Shown here piece by piece: positions 7,751 through 16,222 of a DNA stretch of 64,000 nt (positions within the stretch are counted from its first letter, which is position 1; each line of letters begins with the position of its first letter). The stretch is taken from assembly GCA_964535515.1 (NCBI GenBank), contig CAZHTA010000002.1, positions 684-64,683 of the forward strand, written 5' to 3'. The notes below the pieces were generated by a model. That model was not told where the DNA came from. It ran no database searches and saw only the letters and a list, made by a program, of their open reading frames with translations. This DNA comes from an uncultured Gammaproteobacteria bacterium (GTDB lineage: Bacteria; Patescibacteriota; Patescibacteriia; Magasanikbacterales; GWA2-37-8). The position numbers and the translations under genes are program-made.

Positions 7751-9159
7751 CTCCTAGACCAGCCCACGCAGGGCAAGTCTTCGATTGTTCCGCGAACCCA
7801 CCAGAACCCTCCGACGAATTCCTGGAGGGTGGCGCACTCGTACCAGCGTGAGGTATTTTGCTGAACGACACACACGGCATCGTCCTTCACCTCAACGACA
7901 ATCGCGACATGCCCAGGGGCACGATGGCTGTTAGCCGCCACACTCTCCCGACCGTCACGATCAAAGATCAGGATATCATTCACCGCCGGCTTCACCGGCG
8001 AACCGTTCAGGAGCACCGACAAGCCCTTAGCGTTTCCGCTATAGAAATAGCTGTCAGCGTGACCGGTGCGCTCCATGTTCCTATGACCCAGGACGGTGGC
8101 GTAGAACCGATTGACCAGCTCCACACACTGCCACCGTTGGCCATAGCCAGACCGCTCCGATTCACCTTCACCGCGGGGGTGCTGATGAATCTCCGCCCCA
8201 CGATAAAGGCCAACGACCGCTCCCTGCTCCGCTTTGATACCAGGCGGAACAAGGACCACCACACCATTCTTGTCTCCGATACGTGGGAACTGCTCCCCAC
8301 GACCAAAGATAAACGACATGACGGTATCGGTGTAATACCCGAACCGACCGTTGCCGGCCAATCCGAGCCACCCACTTGCCTCCCCGAAGGTCGGCCGATA
8401 GTGAGTGAACACCGACGCGGCACTCGACTTTTCCTCATTGTCCATCTGGATGCCCGAGAGCTCCCAGATGTAAACGAGATCGAAGCCAAGCAACGATATA
8501 TCGGACAATTTTTCCACCCGGAACGGATCCGTGCCGAAGCGCTTACCGTTCAAGTGAAAAAAGTGATAACCCCACCACTCGCCCTGATACTCGAAAGCCA
8601 GAACGAGGTGTGTGTTGATTCCAGCCTTTGCCGCAAGAACTTGCGGGTCCATGCGACTCTGCTGAAAGTGATAGCCGGCCACGTAAAGCCGACTCGAGGA
8701 CAACACCTTGGAGAGATCACTGTCGAACGGGACCAATTCCTTAATCTTGTCCTCAGTTGAGGTTGAGAAATCCTTGGTCCGATCAAAAACTTTGCGGAGG
8801 TCGTCCGCATTGTCCTGACCGAACCGCCAAGCCACCGTCACCTCGAGCTTTTGTCTGCCCAAAATGAAGTTAGCAGCCTGGATCACGGCCGAAGCGCAAC
8901 GCTCGTTGTCCCACATCGACTGCGGGATAAACGCCGGCACCGGGCCGTTACCCGGACGGTCCACAAGACTATCCAGGAGTGATCGCACTTCTACCGGTGC
9001 GCGCGGGCTAAGGGGGAACTTACTCCCCCATTCTTCTTCCACATGGTGACGAGCCACGCAGAAGATCGTTACGAGAACCATCACGACCGAAGTCGCAAAA
9101 ATCCCCGTCACAAAAATCGCGTTGCGCACTCGTCTGCGCTCGGTCCGGCTCAGTCTCAC
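7747..9159 (-). CDS. membrane-anchored protein with C-terminal CHAP-domain peptidoglycan amidase/peptidase, GC-rich (GTG start)
   Basis: N-terminal TM (IFVTGIFATSVVMVLVTIFCV). C-terminal QCVELVNRFY...GHVAIVVEV matches the CHAP catalytic Cys/His pattern. GAGGTGA SD before GTG. About 60% GC by eye. Confidence 0.6.
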   Translation of the reverse strand: MRLSRTERRRVRNAIFVTGIFATSVVMVLVTIFCVARHHVEEEWGSKFPLSPRAPVEVRSLLDSLVDRPGNGPVPAFIPQSMWDNERCASAVIQAANFILGRQKLEVTVAWRFGQDNADDLRKVFDRTKDFSTSTEDKIKELVPFDSDLSKVLSSSRLYVAGYHFQQSRMDPQVLAAKAGINTHLVLAFEYQGEWWGYHFFHLNGKRFGTDPFRVEKLSDISLLGFDLVYIWELSGIQMDNEEKSSAASVFTHYRPTFGEASGWLGLAGNGRFGYYTDTVMSFIFGRGEQFPRIGDKNGVVVLVPPGIKAEQGAVVGLYRGAEIHQHPRGEGESERSGYGQRWQCVELVNRFYATVLGHRNMERTGHADSYFYSGNAKGLSVLLNGSPVKPAVNDILIFDRDGRESVAANSHRAPGHVAIVVEVKDDAVCVVQQNTSRWYECATLQEFVGGFWWVRGTIEDLPCVGWSRR

Positions 9160-9370
9160 CTGTCACCTCGTGATTGTGTGGGTTGTTGACGTTTAGCAAA
9201 TATCTCCACAGCGATTGGCATCGCTGTCATTCCTATCAATTGTCAAAGATCTGTTTCCAAACAGCTAAAAGCCTCAGCTTCCGGCTATTCAAAGAAACAG
9301 ATAATAATAGCATAAATTAGCGAAAAAGTCAATATCCTGTCGTCTGTTATTACTATCCCCATTGAATATG

Positions 9371-9399
9371 TTGACAACCTAGCGGAAATATGGTAATAT
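9371..9399 (+). promoter_or_regulatory. sigma70-like promoter TTGACA-17nt-TAATAT for secE-nusG-rplK
   Basis: Hexamers read directly; a small hairpin CGGCC-ctg-GGCCG plus T5 (9416-9433) lies in the 5'UTR. Confidence 0.4.
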
Positions 9400-9449
9400 T
9401 AAATTGTTAATAAATCGGCCCTGGGCCGTTTTTAAATACTTAAAAAAAT

Positions 9450-9644
9450 ATGAGTATATTTACTGCAGTTAAGAATTACTTCGTTGATTCTTACGCGGAG
9501 ATGAAAAAAGTCTCTTGGCCAACCAAAAAACAAACTACTAATTACAGTTTGTTGGTTATTGGCCTATCAATCGGAATGGCAGTTTTCTTTGCTGTTCTAG
9601 ATTACGTTTTCAACCTTGGTATCGCACAAATGATTGCTCGCTAA
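9450..9644 (+). CDS. secE: preprotein translocase subunit SecE
   Basis: 64 aa, single C-terminal TM, directly upstream of nusG in the conserved secE-nusG-rplK order. Confidence 0.8.
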   Translation: MSIFTAVKNYFVDSYAEMKKVSWPTKKQTTNYSLLVIGLSIGMAVFFAVLDYVFNLGIAQMIAR

Positions 9645-9667
9645 ACCCAATATAAAAATTAAACAAT

Positions 9668-10213
9668 ATGGCAAAACAAACACTTGACCTCGGACGACGC
9701 TGGTATGTATTACACACATACTCTGGCTACGAGGAAAATGTAAAACACAATCTAGAACAACGCGTTGAATCATTTGACATGCGCGATAAGATATTTGGTG
9801 TAATCGTTCCTAAAGAAAAAAGAATTAAAATTAAAAACGGTAAACGTACTACGGTGGAAGAAAAGATTTTCCCTGGTTATGTCTTAGTAGAAATGATTGT
9901 AACTGATGATTCTTGGTACGTAGTCCGCAACACTCCTAACGTTACTGGTTTCGTTGGTTCTGGTACTACTCCAACTCCAATTGACCAAAAAGAAGTTGAC
10001 CAGCTTTTAAAACGTGTTAACGCTACTGAACCACAGCACAAGATTGATATTAACACTGGTGATATCGTACGTATCTCTGACGGTCCATTTAAAAACTTTG
10101 AAGGTAAGGTTTCAGCAGTTGATCCAGAACGTGGAAAAATCAAAGTTATGGTTACTATGTTCGGTCGTGAGACCCCAGTAGAATTAGACGCTTTACAAGT
10201 TAAGAAAATTTAG
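9668..10213 (+). CDS. nusG: transcription termination/antitermination factor NusG
   Basis: NGN domain (WYVLHTYSGYEENV) and KOW motif (GDIVRISDGPFKNFEGKV). Confidence 0.9.
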   Translation: MAKQTLDLGRRWYVLHTYSGYEENVKHNLEQRVESFDMRDKIFGVIVPKEKRIKIKNGKRTTVEEKIFPGYVLVEMIVTDDSWYVVRNTPNVTGFVGSGTTPTPIDQKEVDQLLKRVNATEPQHKIDINTGDIVRISDGPFKNFEGKVSAVDPERGKIKVMVTMFGRETPVELDALQVKKI

Positions 10214-10274
10214 TTAATATGTTAAACGCGACTGGTCCCTTTAGGGACGCTTCTCAGTTGCACTAAAAAAATAT

Positions 10275-10697
10275 ATGGCAAAAAAATTATTGACCCAAAT
10301 CAAATTACAAATCGTCGGTGGTGCTGCTAACCCAGCTCCTCCAGTCGGTCCAGCCCTTGGTCAACACGGTTTGAACATCCAAGGTTTCTGTAAAGAGTTC
10401 AACGACAAGACCCAAGATAAAAAAGGCGAAGTCGTACCAGTAATTATCAACGTTTACGCCGATCGCAGTTTTGACTTCATCATGAAGACTGCTCCAACTG
10501 CTGAGCTTATCAAAAAAGCCGCTAACATCAAAAAAGGTTCTGCTAAACCTCTACAAGAAAAGGTTGGCAAAATCACTAAAGCACAAGTCAAAGAAATCGC
10601 TGAAAAGAAAATGAGCGACTTGAACGCCAAAGATTTAGCCGGTGCAATGAGCATGGTTGAGGGTACTGCTAAACAAATGGGTGTGACGATTGAATAA
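10275..10697 (+). CDS. rplK: 50S ribosomal protein L11
   Basis: [26 protein letters not shown] is the hallmark L11 N-terminus. Confidence 0.9.
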   Translation: MAKKLLTQIKLQIVGGAANPAPPVGPALGQHGLNIQGFCKEFNDKTQDKKGEVVPVIINVYADRSFDFIMKTAPTAELIKKAANIKKGSAKPLQEKVGKITKAQVKEIAEKKMSDLNAKDLAGAMSMVEGTAKQMGVTIE

Positions 10698-10710
10698 AAG
10701 ACAATATTAA

Positions 10711-10750
10711 AAAAACACTCCGAACATAAAACGGAGTGTTTTTGTTTTAT
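10711..10750. terminator. bidirectional intrinsic terminator between rplK(+) and queA(-)
   Basis: AACACTCCG-loop-CGGAGTGTT hairpin flanked by A-run upstream and TTTTGTTTT downstream. Confidence 0.55.
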
Positions 10751-10759
10751 TTACTTTTT

Positions 10760-11860
10760 TTAAACAATTAACATCGCATCCCCAAAACTATAGAACCGAT
10801 ACTTGGCTTCAACTGCTTTTTGATAACATTCTAAAGTAAATTCCCTATCACCAACAAAAGCCGACACCAACATTATCAAGGTTGATTCAGGTAAATGAAA
10901 ATTGGTAATTAAAGCATCCACCACCTTAAATTCAAACCCTGGCTTAATAAAAATATTAATATCTCCACTAAACGCTTCCAACCGTCCGCGCGTAACAAAA
11001 ACCCCTTCCAACGACCGGACAGCGGTTGTACCAACCACCACCACTCGTCTACCCTCTTCCTTGGCGATGTTTATCAACTGTGCATTTTTATCACTCAACT
11101 CCACCCATTCCGGATGCATTTTATGTTCTTCAACATTCTCGGTTTTAACTGGTAAAAATGTTCCTAAACCAACATGCAAAGTAACCTCTGCAAATTCTAC
11201 CCCCTGTTTTTTTAATTGTTCAATTAACTCAGGAGTGAAATGAAAACCCGCTGTTGGTGCCGCTACTGATCCTTCAACTTTAGCATAAACGGTTTGATAA
11301 CGCTCATCCAAATTCAACCCTGATACCTTACCAGCCATTTCTTTAATATATGGTGGCGTTGGCACCTCGCCATACTTATTAGCCTTTGCTCTCACTGTTA
11401 TATCATCATCTTTAAATTGTACTAGCACTGTACCATCCTCTTCTTTGGCAATCACTTCTGCAGAAAAATCTTCGGCAAAAACCACCTTCATTCCTAAGCG
11501 CAATTTCTTTCCTGGTTTAGCCAACACTTTCCACACCCCAAAATTTTCCATTGGCCGAACTAAAAATATTTCAATACTTGGTGCATTAAAAATTCGATCG
11601 GTTAAATCCTTCTTTTTAAAATCAAAAACATCTTCATCTAAAACTAACACTCCTTTTAGGCGTGCCTTAAATACTTTGGAGTTGTTCCAAACCAACAAAT
11701 CACCCGGACGTAAATATTCGCCAATATTAAAAAACTGACGATGGCTAATTTCTTTTGTTGAACGATTAATTACCAACAAACGTGATTGATCGCGTCTTTC
11801 TGCTGGTGTTTGGGCGATTAATTCTTTCGGTAAATTGTAATTAAAATCCGATGTTAACAT
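10760..11860 (-). CDS. queA: S-adenosylmethionine:tRNA ribosyltransferase-isomerase
   Basis: N-terminal FNYNLPKELIAQTPAERRDQSRLLV and overall length typical of QueA. Confidence 0.85.
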   Translation of the reverse strand: MLTSDFNYNLPKELIAQTPAERRDQSRLLVINRSTKEISHRQFFNIGEYLRPGDLLVWNNSKVFKARLKGVLVLDEDVFDFKKKDLTDRIFNAPSIEIFLVRPMENFGVWKVLAKPGKKLRLGMKVVFAEDFSAEVIAKEEDGTVLVQFKDDDITVRAKANKYGEVPTPPYIKEMAGKVSGLNLDERYQTVYAKVEGSVAAPTAGFHFTPELIEQLKKQGVEFAEVTLHVGLGTFLPVKTENVEEHKMHPEWVELSDKNAQLINIAKEEGRRVVVVGTTAVRSLEGVFVTRGRLEAFSGDINIFIKPGFEFKVVDALITNFHLPESTLIMLVSAFVGDREFTLECYQKAVEAKYRFYSFGDAMLIV

Positions 11861-11863
11861 ATA

Positions 11864-12721
11864 TTAACGCAAATACTTAGCCACATTACGGTTGTGCTCA
11901 TCTAATGTTTTAGCATAGTGCATACCACCCTCTGTGTCGCTCATAAAATACCAATAATCATTTTTCGTTGGGTAAATAGTGGCCTCAATTGCTTTTAAAC
12001 TTGGATTACCAATTGGCCCAAGTGGTAGACCAGGATATTTATAGGTGTTATAAAAAGAATCCAACTGACGATCTGCAGCGTTAATCGCTGGATCATTTTT
12101 ACCGGTAACATAATTTACTGTAGCACAAGATTGCAGTGCCCACCTCATTTTATTACGTCGCCAAAAAATATCTGCTACCAACCTCATATCCTCTGTCGTT
12201 GGCGCTTCCTTTTCTACCACTGATGCCATAGTGAGTACTTCAAAAAAATTCTTGTTTTGTTTTTTTATATCCGCTCGCATTTCTAGAGTAATTCGATCAT
12301 CTAAAACAGCAAATATTTTTTTAATAACTTCTTCTGGTTTGGCATCAGCATAAACACGATAAGTTTCCGGTAAAAAATATCCTTCATATGAAACATTACT
12401 AGTTTTACTATCAAACAACTCTGCCAAAGTACCAGTTGCTGCCCAACTTAATTCTGGCGCTACCACCCCTGATGCACGATAGTTTTTAGCTGGTTCACCT
12501 ACTAAAGAATACAACTCGTTATCATTTTTTATCAATCCTTTTTTAACCCAATCCGCTGCAATCTGACGCAAATTCCACCCCGGAATTATTGTGATGTTGA
12601 TTTCCTCTCGTGGTGGTGGTGGAATATACTTAGGACGGCTAAAGTAGCGATAACCAAAAAAACTCAATACTATTAATATGATTATTGCAAACAAAAAAGA
12701 ATTAATTCTTTTGATATTCAT
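11864..12721 (-). CDS. mltG: endolytic murein transglycosylase MltG (YceG family)
   Basis: N-terminal TM. YNTYKYPGLPLGPIGNPS motif is characteristic of MltG. Confidence 0.8.
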   Translation of the reverse strand: MNIKRINSFLFAIIILIVLSFFGYRYFSRPKYIPPPPREEINITIIPGWNLRQIAADWVKKGLIKNDNELYSLVGEPAKNYRASGVVAPELSWAATGTLAELFDSKTSNVSYEGYFLPETYRVYADAKPEEVIKKIFAVLDDRITLEMRADIKKQNKNFFEVLTMASVVEKEAPTTEDMRLVADIFWRRNKMRWALQSCATVNYVTGKNDPAINAADRQLDSFYNTYKYPGLPLGPIGNPSLKAIEATIYPTKNDYWYFMSDTEGGMHYAKTLDEHNRNVAKYLR

Positions 12722-13419
12722 TATACTAATGGGTTAAACCCTTCTTCTGCCCGATAATATTTTTCTAGCGTATCAGTCGGAAACCATTGTCCGCTATGAC
12801 AATGAGAATACACCACGCCTTGTGGCGACATTTTTTCAAAACAATCTCGCTCAATCATACAAAAACCCGGTGGTAAAATATCTAACACCTCTTTTTCCAT
12901 TACATAGCCACCCGCATTGTTTAAATTAGAAGGCGCTTCTTCTAACTTTGGTTTTTCAATAAACCGCTTAATCTTCTCCCCTTCCAGTTCAGCAATACCA
13001 TATTGTGTTACATCCTCAACCGGGAAAAGAGCCAAAGTAATTTTGGCTTGATTACGAACGTGCGTAGCAATTAATTCTTGCCAATTAAAATCTGCCAAGT
13101 TATCACCATTAATTACTAAAAATGTTTCCGTCATATGTTCAGCCGCCTTACGAATTGCCCCACCCGTACCAAGTGGTTCGTCCTCAACACAATACTCAAT
13201 ATTTACTCCCCATTTACTACCATCACCAAAATATTCTTTGATTAAATCGGCCCGATAACCAATAGACAAAACAACATCGGTAATACCGTGTTTTTTAAAA
13301 TTCAGCAGCGCGTGCTCAATAATCGGAATACCTTTAATCGGTAAAAGCGGCTTCGGGGTATTTTCCGTTAATGGACGCAAACGTGTACCCAAACCACCTG
13401 CTAAAATGATTGCCTTCAT
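12721..13419 (-). CDS. sugar-phosphate nucleotidyltransferase (NDP-sugar pyrophosphorylase family)
   Basis: MKAIILAGGLGTRLRPLTENTPKPLLPI signature; start moved to the conserved Met rather than the track start (13437). Confidence 0.75.
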   Translation of the reverse strand: MKAIILAGGLGTRLRPLTENTPKPLLPIKGIPIIEHALLNFKKHGITDVVLSIGYRADLIKEYFGDGSKWGVNIEYCVEDEPLGTGGAIRKAAEHMTETFLVINGDNLADFNWQELIATHVRNQAKITLALFPVEDVTQYGIAELEGEKIKRFIEKPKLEEAPSNLNNAGGYVMEKEVLDILPPGFCMIERDCFEKMSPQGVVYSHCHSGQWFPTDTLEKYYRAEEGFNPLV

Positions 13420-13420
13420 A

Positions 13421-13951
13421 TTACAAATCAATAACAATACGTAACCAATACATTATTACCGTAACCAAACCAGCCAAAGAAAGTCCGCCAACAAGATCAA
13501 AGGGATAATGTACGCCCGCATACACTCGCCCCCAACAGACCCACAGAGCCATCGGTAACAACGCCCAAGCAGCTGGCAAACCAAGTAATAACCCTAAGAA
13601 AAAAAGTAAGAAAGCAGAAAAAGCATGATCTGATGGGAATGACTTCCAATTACTTAAAGGATAAAATAAAAGATGGCTCTCTGGATGTTTTACATGCGGA
13701 CGAGATTCTTTCACAATCATACCAATCAACAAGCTCAGCATTATGCCCAGTGCCCAAGCACTGCCTAAAATCATTACTCCGATAAACATCGCTTTTCTCT
13801 CTGGCATACGCACCATCCACAAACCAACTAAAAACCAAGCCGCCATACCAAAAATCACCCACTCCGCACCCGCACGGCCAAAGGCATCAAACCAACGATT
13901 TTTGCCAACTAAGCTGTTAATTTTAAGAAAAAGACGTGTATTCCAATCCAT
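13421..13951 (-). CDS. PAP2-family membrane phosphatase (e.g. undecaprenyl-diphosphatase-like)
   Basis: PAP2 motifs KESRPH, PSDHA and GVHYPFD within a polytopic membrane protein. Confidence 0.7.
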   Translation of the reverse strand: MDWNTRLFLKINSLVGKNRWFDAFGRAGAEWVIFGMAAWFLVGLWMVRMPERKAMFIGVMILGSAWALGIMLSLLIGMIVKESRPHVKHPESHLLFYPLSNWKSFPSDHAFSAFLLFFLGLLLGLPAAWALLPMALWVCWGRVYAGVHYPFDLVGGLSLAGLVTVIMYWLRIVIDL

Positions 13952-14047
13952 ATGAGATATATATTAACAAAAAGAACAGCTAAAAGCAACCATGCCTCAA
14001 GCCTTGAATTTTTTTGATTTAGTGATATAATTCACCCCATCAAACCT

Positions 14048-14120
14048 GCGCCTGTAGCTCAGGGGTTAGAGCACTGCCCTTATAAGGCAGGGGTCGATGG
14101 TTCGAAGCCATCCAGGCGCA
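14048..14120 (+). tRNA. tRNA-Ile with anticodon UAU (reads AUA)
   Basis: Cloverleaf folded by hand: acceptor GCGCCUG/CAGGCGC, D-arm GCUC..GAGC, anticodon stem CUGCC/GGCAG with loop cuUAUaa, T-arm GAUGG-UUCGAAG-CCAUC. No encoded CCA. Confidence 0.7.
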
Positions 14121-14128
14121 CTAAACAT

Positions 14129-15109
14129 ATGAAAAAACCAATCCCAAACATTAAAGACTTCCCAAAAACTCCGATCCAACGGCTTGATATTTTTTTAACC
14201 GAAACACTAAAAATTACCCGCTCTCAAGCCCAAAAGATGCTTGAACGCGGAGAAGTTTTGGTAAACGGCGAACCATATTTTAAAACCGGACAAAAAATCG
14301 GCGACAAAGATAAAGTTACCTTCGTAAAACCGACACCTAAGAAGAGTGACAAGCAGGAAACAAAGGTGGTTGTAGAAAAAACAAAAAAATTTACTTTCAA
14401 AGATTTAAAAATTGTTAAAAAAACCGCTGACTTTTTTATCGTCGATAAACCAACTGGCATGCTCTCGCATTCGACTTTAAAAAAAGAACCGGATTCTTTA
14501 GCAGAACTAATGGTAAAAAAATTCCCAGAAATAAAAAAAGTGGGAGATGATCCAGTCCGTCCCGGTATTGTTCATCGCCTAGACAAAGAAGCCTCCGGAC
14601 TTCTAGTTGTCGCTCGGACACCAGAAATGTTTGAACATCTAAAAAAGCAATTTAAAAAACGTACTATCCAAAAAGAATACCTAGTTTTAGTGCACGACAA
14701 AGTCGCCAAAGATTGGGCAGAAATAAACTTTCGCATTGATCGTTCGGAAACATCGGATCGCATGGCGGCTCGTCCCACTTCCGAAAAAGGTGAACCATCC
14801 GAAATCGGCAAAGAGGCGCTAACGGAATTTTGGGTAGAGAAAAGATTTGTAAATTTTACTCTTCTTCGGGTAAAAATTCACACCGGCCGAATGCATCAAA
14901 TCCGTGCACACATGCTAGCCTATGACCATCCGGTAGTTGGTGACCCATTGTATTTCCAGAAAAAACAAAAACGCACTTGGGACGACCGTCTCGGCCGACT
15001 ATTTTTGCATTGCAATAAAATTGCTTTCAAAAATTTAGATGGAAAAATGGTTGAGGCAGAATCACCCTTGCCAGAACAACTAGAAAACTTTCTTAAAACC
15101 TTGTCGTAA
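14129..15109 (+). CDS. RluA-family 23S rRNA pseudouridine synthase (RluD/RluC-like) with N-terminal S4 domain
   Basis: HRLDKEASGLLVVAR and GRMHQIRAHM catalytic motifs. Confidence 0.8.
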   Translation: MKKPIPNIKDFPKTPIQRLDIFLTETLKITRSQAQKMLERGEVLVNGEPYFKTGQKIGDKDKVTFVKPTPKKSDKQETKVVVEKTKKFTFKDLKIVKKTADFFIVDKPTGMLSHSTLKKEPDSLAELMVKKFPEIKKVGDDPVRPGIVHRLDKEASGLLVVARTPEMFEHLKKQFKKRTIQKEYLVLVHDKVAKDWAEINFRIDRSETSDRMAARPTSEKGEPSEIGKEALTEFWVEKRFVNFTLLRVKIHTGRMHQIRAHMLAYDHPVVGDPLYFQKKQKRTWDDRLGRLFLHCNKIAFKNLDGKMVEAESPLPEQLENFLKTLS

Positions 15110-15110
15110 T

Positions 15111-15734
15111 ATGGACACTGATAAACAAAACCCAATTATCATTATCAGTGGACCCGCTGGTGTAGGAAAAACCACGGTTGCTAAAGCATTACAACGTGAT
15201 TATCCAAATCTAGAAACTAGCGTTACATATACTACTCGCCAACCACGCGCCGAAGCACCAGAAGACAAAAAAATATATTACATTACCATCCCTGAATTTG
15301 AAGACATGATTACTCAGGGTGAATTTTTAGAATGGGCAAAGGTACATGGACAATACTACGGTACTCATAAAAACAAAACTCTAGAAAAATTAAAAACTCA
15401 TCCGGTAATTTTCAACATTGATATCCAAGGGGCAAAACAAGTAATGGAGAATACCGCTGGTCACCCGTTAATTAGCATCTTTCTTGTACCAGAATCAATC
15501 GATCAAATAAAAGAAAGAATTATCAAACGTGGGCATTCTGATCCTAGCGACCTAGCCCTACGCCTTGAATCAGCTGAAAAAGAACTAAAAGAACAGGGTA
15601 TTTACCAGTACCAAATTATAAACAGCGAAGGACGACTAAAAGAAACCATCGCTCAGGTAGAAAAAATCCTTGCTCCGTATTTAATCAAAAAAACCTCAAT
15701 ACTTAGCCAAATTAGCTCTTTTTTCAATTTTTAA
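15111..15734 (+). CDS. gmk: guanylate kinase
   Basis: P-loop SGPAGVGKTT and guanylate-kinase signature TTRQPR. Confidence 0.85.
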   Translation: MDTDKQNPIIIISGPAGVGKTTVAKALQRDYPNLETSVTYTTRQPRAEAPEDKKIYYITIPEFEDMITQGEFLEWAKVHGQYYGTHKNKTLEKLKTHPVIFNIDIQGAKQVMENTAGHPLISIFLVPESIDQIKERIIKRGHSDPSDLALRLESAEKELKEQGIYQYQIINSEGRLKETIAQVEKILAPYLIKKTSILSQISSFFNF

Positions 15735-15799
15735 ATTTGAGCCTTGACAAAAAACCAAAAATTGGCTAAAATATGGCAACATCTATCTTAATTTGAAAT

Positions 15800-16156
15800 A
15801 TGACTGAAACAAAAACCAACGAAATTTACAAGCCAGGTATGGTGGTAAAAGTCCACCAAAAAATTAAGGAAACTAATACTAAAGGTGAAGAAAAAGAACG
15901 TATCCAGATTTTTGAAGGAACGATTCTCGCTGCCAAACACGGACAAGAAATTGGCGCCACTATCACCGTACGTAAAGTTTCTGAAGGCATTGGTGTAGAA
16001 AAAATCTACCCAATCCATTCGCCGGTAATCGCTAAGATTGAAATCGTAAAACAATTCCGCGTCCGCCGTGCTAAATTACATCACTTACGTGATCCAAAGT
16101 TCAAACGAAGATTAAAGGAAGTTAAGAAGGCAAAGACAACGACAACAAAAAAGTAA
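15800..16156 (+). CDS. rplS: 50S ribosomal protein L19
   Basis: Length and [11 protein letters not shown] motif; own TTGACA-17-TAAAAT promoter at about 15745-15773. Confidence 0.8.
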   Translation: MTETKTNEIYKPGMVVKVHQKIKETNTKGEEKERIQIFEGTILAAKHGQEIGATITVRKVSEGIGVEKIYPIHSPVIAKIEIVKQFRVRRAKLHHLRDPKFKRRLKEVKKAKTTTTKK

Positions 16157-16162
16157 CTAACT

Positions 16163-16196
16163 AAAAAATCCCGACTCAATCGGGATTTTTTGTTTG
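16163..16196. terminator. bidirectional intrinsic terminator (AAAAAATCCCGA-loop-TCGGGATTTTTT) between rplS(+) and uvrA(-)
   Basis: Hairpin with A-run and T-run on either side. Confidence 0.55.
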
Positions 16197-16222
16197 TCCT
16201 AAATAACTAAATTATTCACTTC

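Noticed and set aside
7125-7880. Multiple overlapping ORFs on both strands (7125-7436, 7270-7665, 7443-7625, 7457-7864, 7479-7757, 7635-7880)
   Set aside because: Typical GC-rich shadow ORFs; the 7265-7750 and 7747-9159 minus-strand frames have membrane and CHAP features, an SD and translational coupling.
7858-8760. 300-aa plus-strand ORF antisense to the CHAP gene
   Set aside because: No SD and no domain signal; the opposite strand carries a coherent TM plus CHAP protein.
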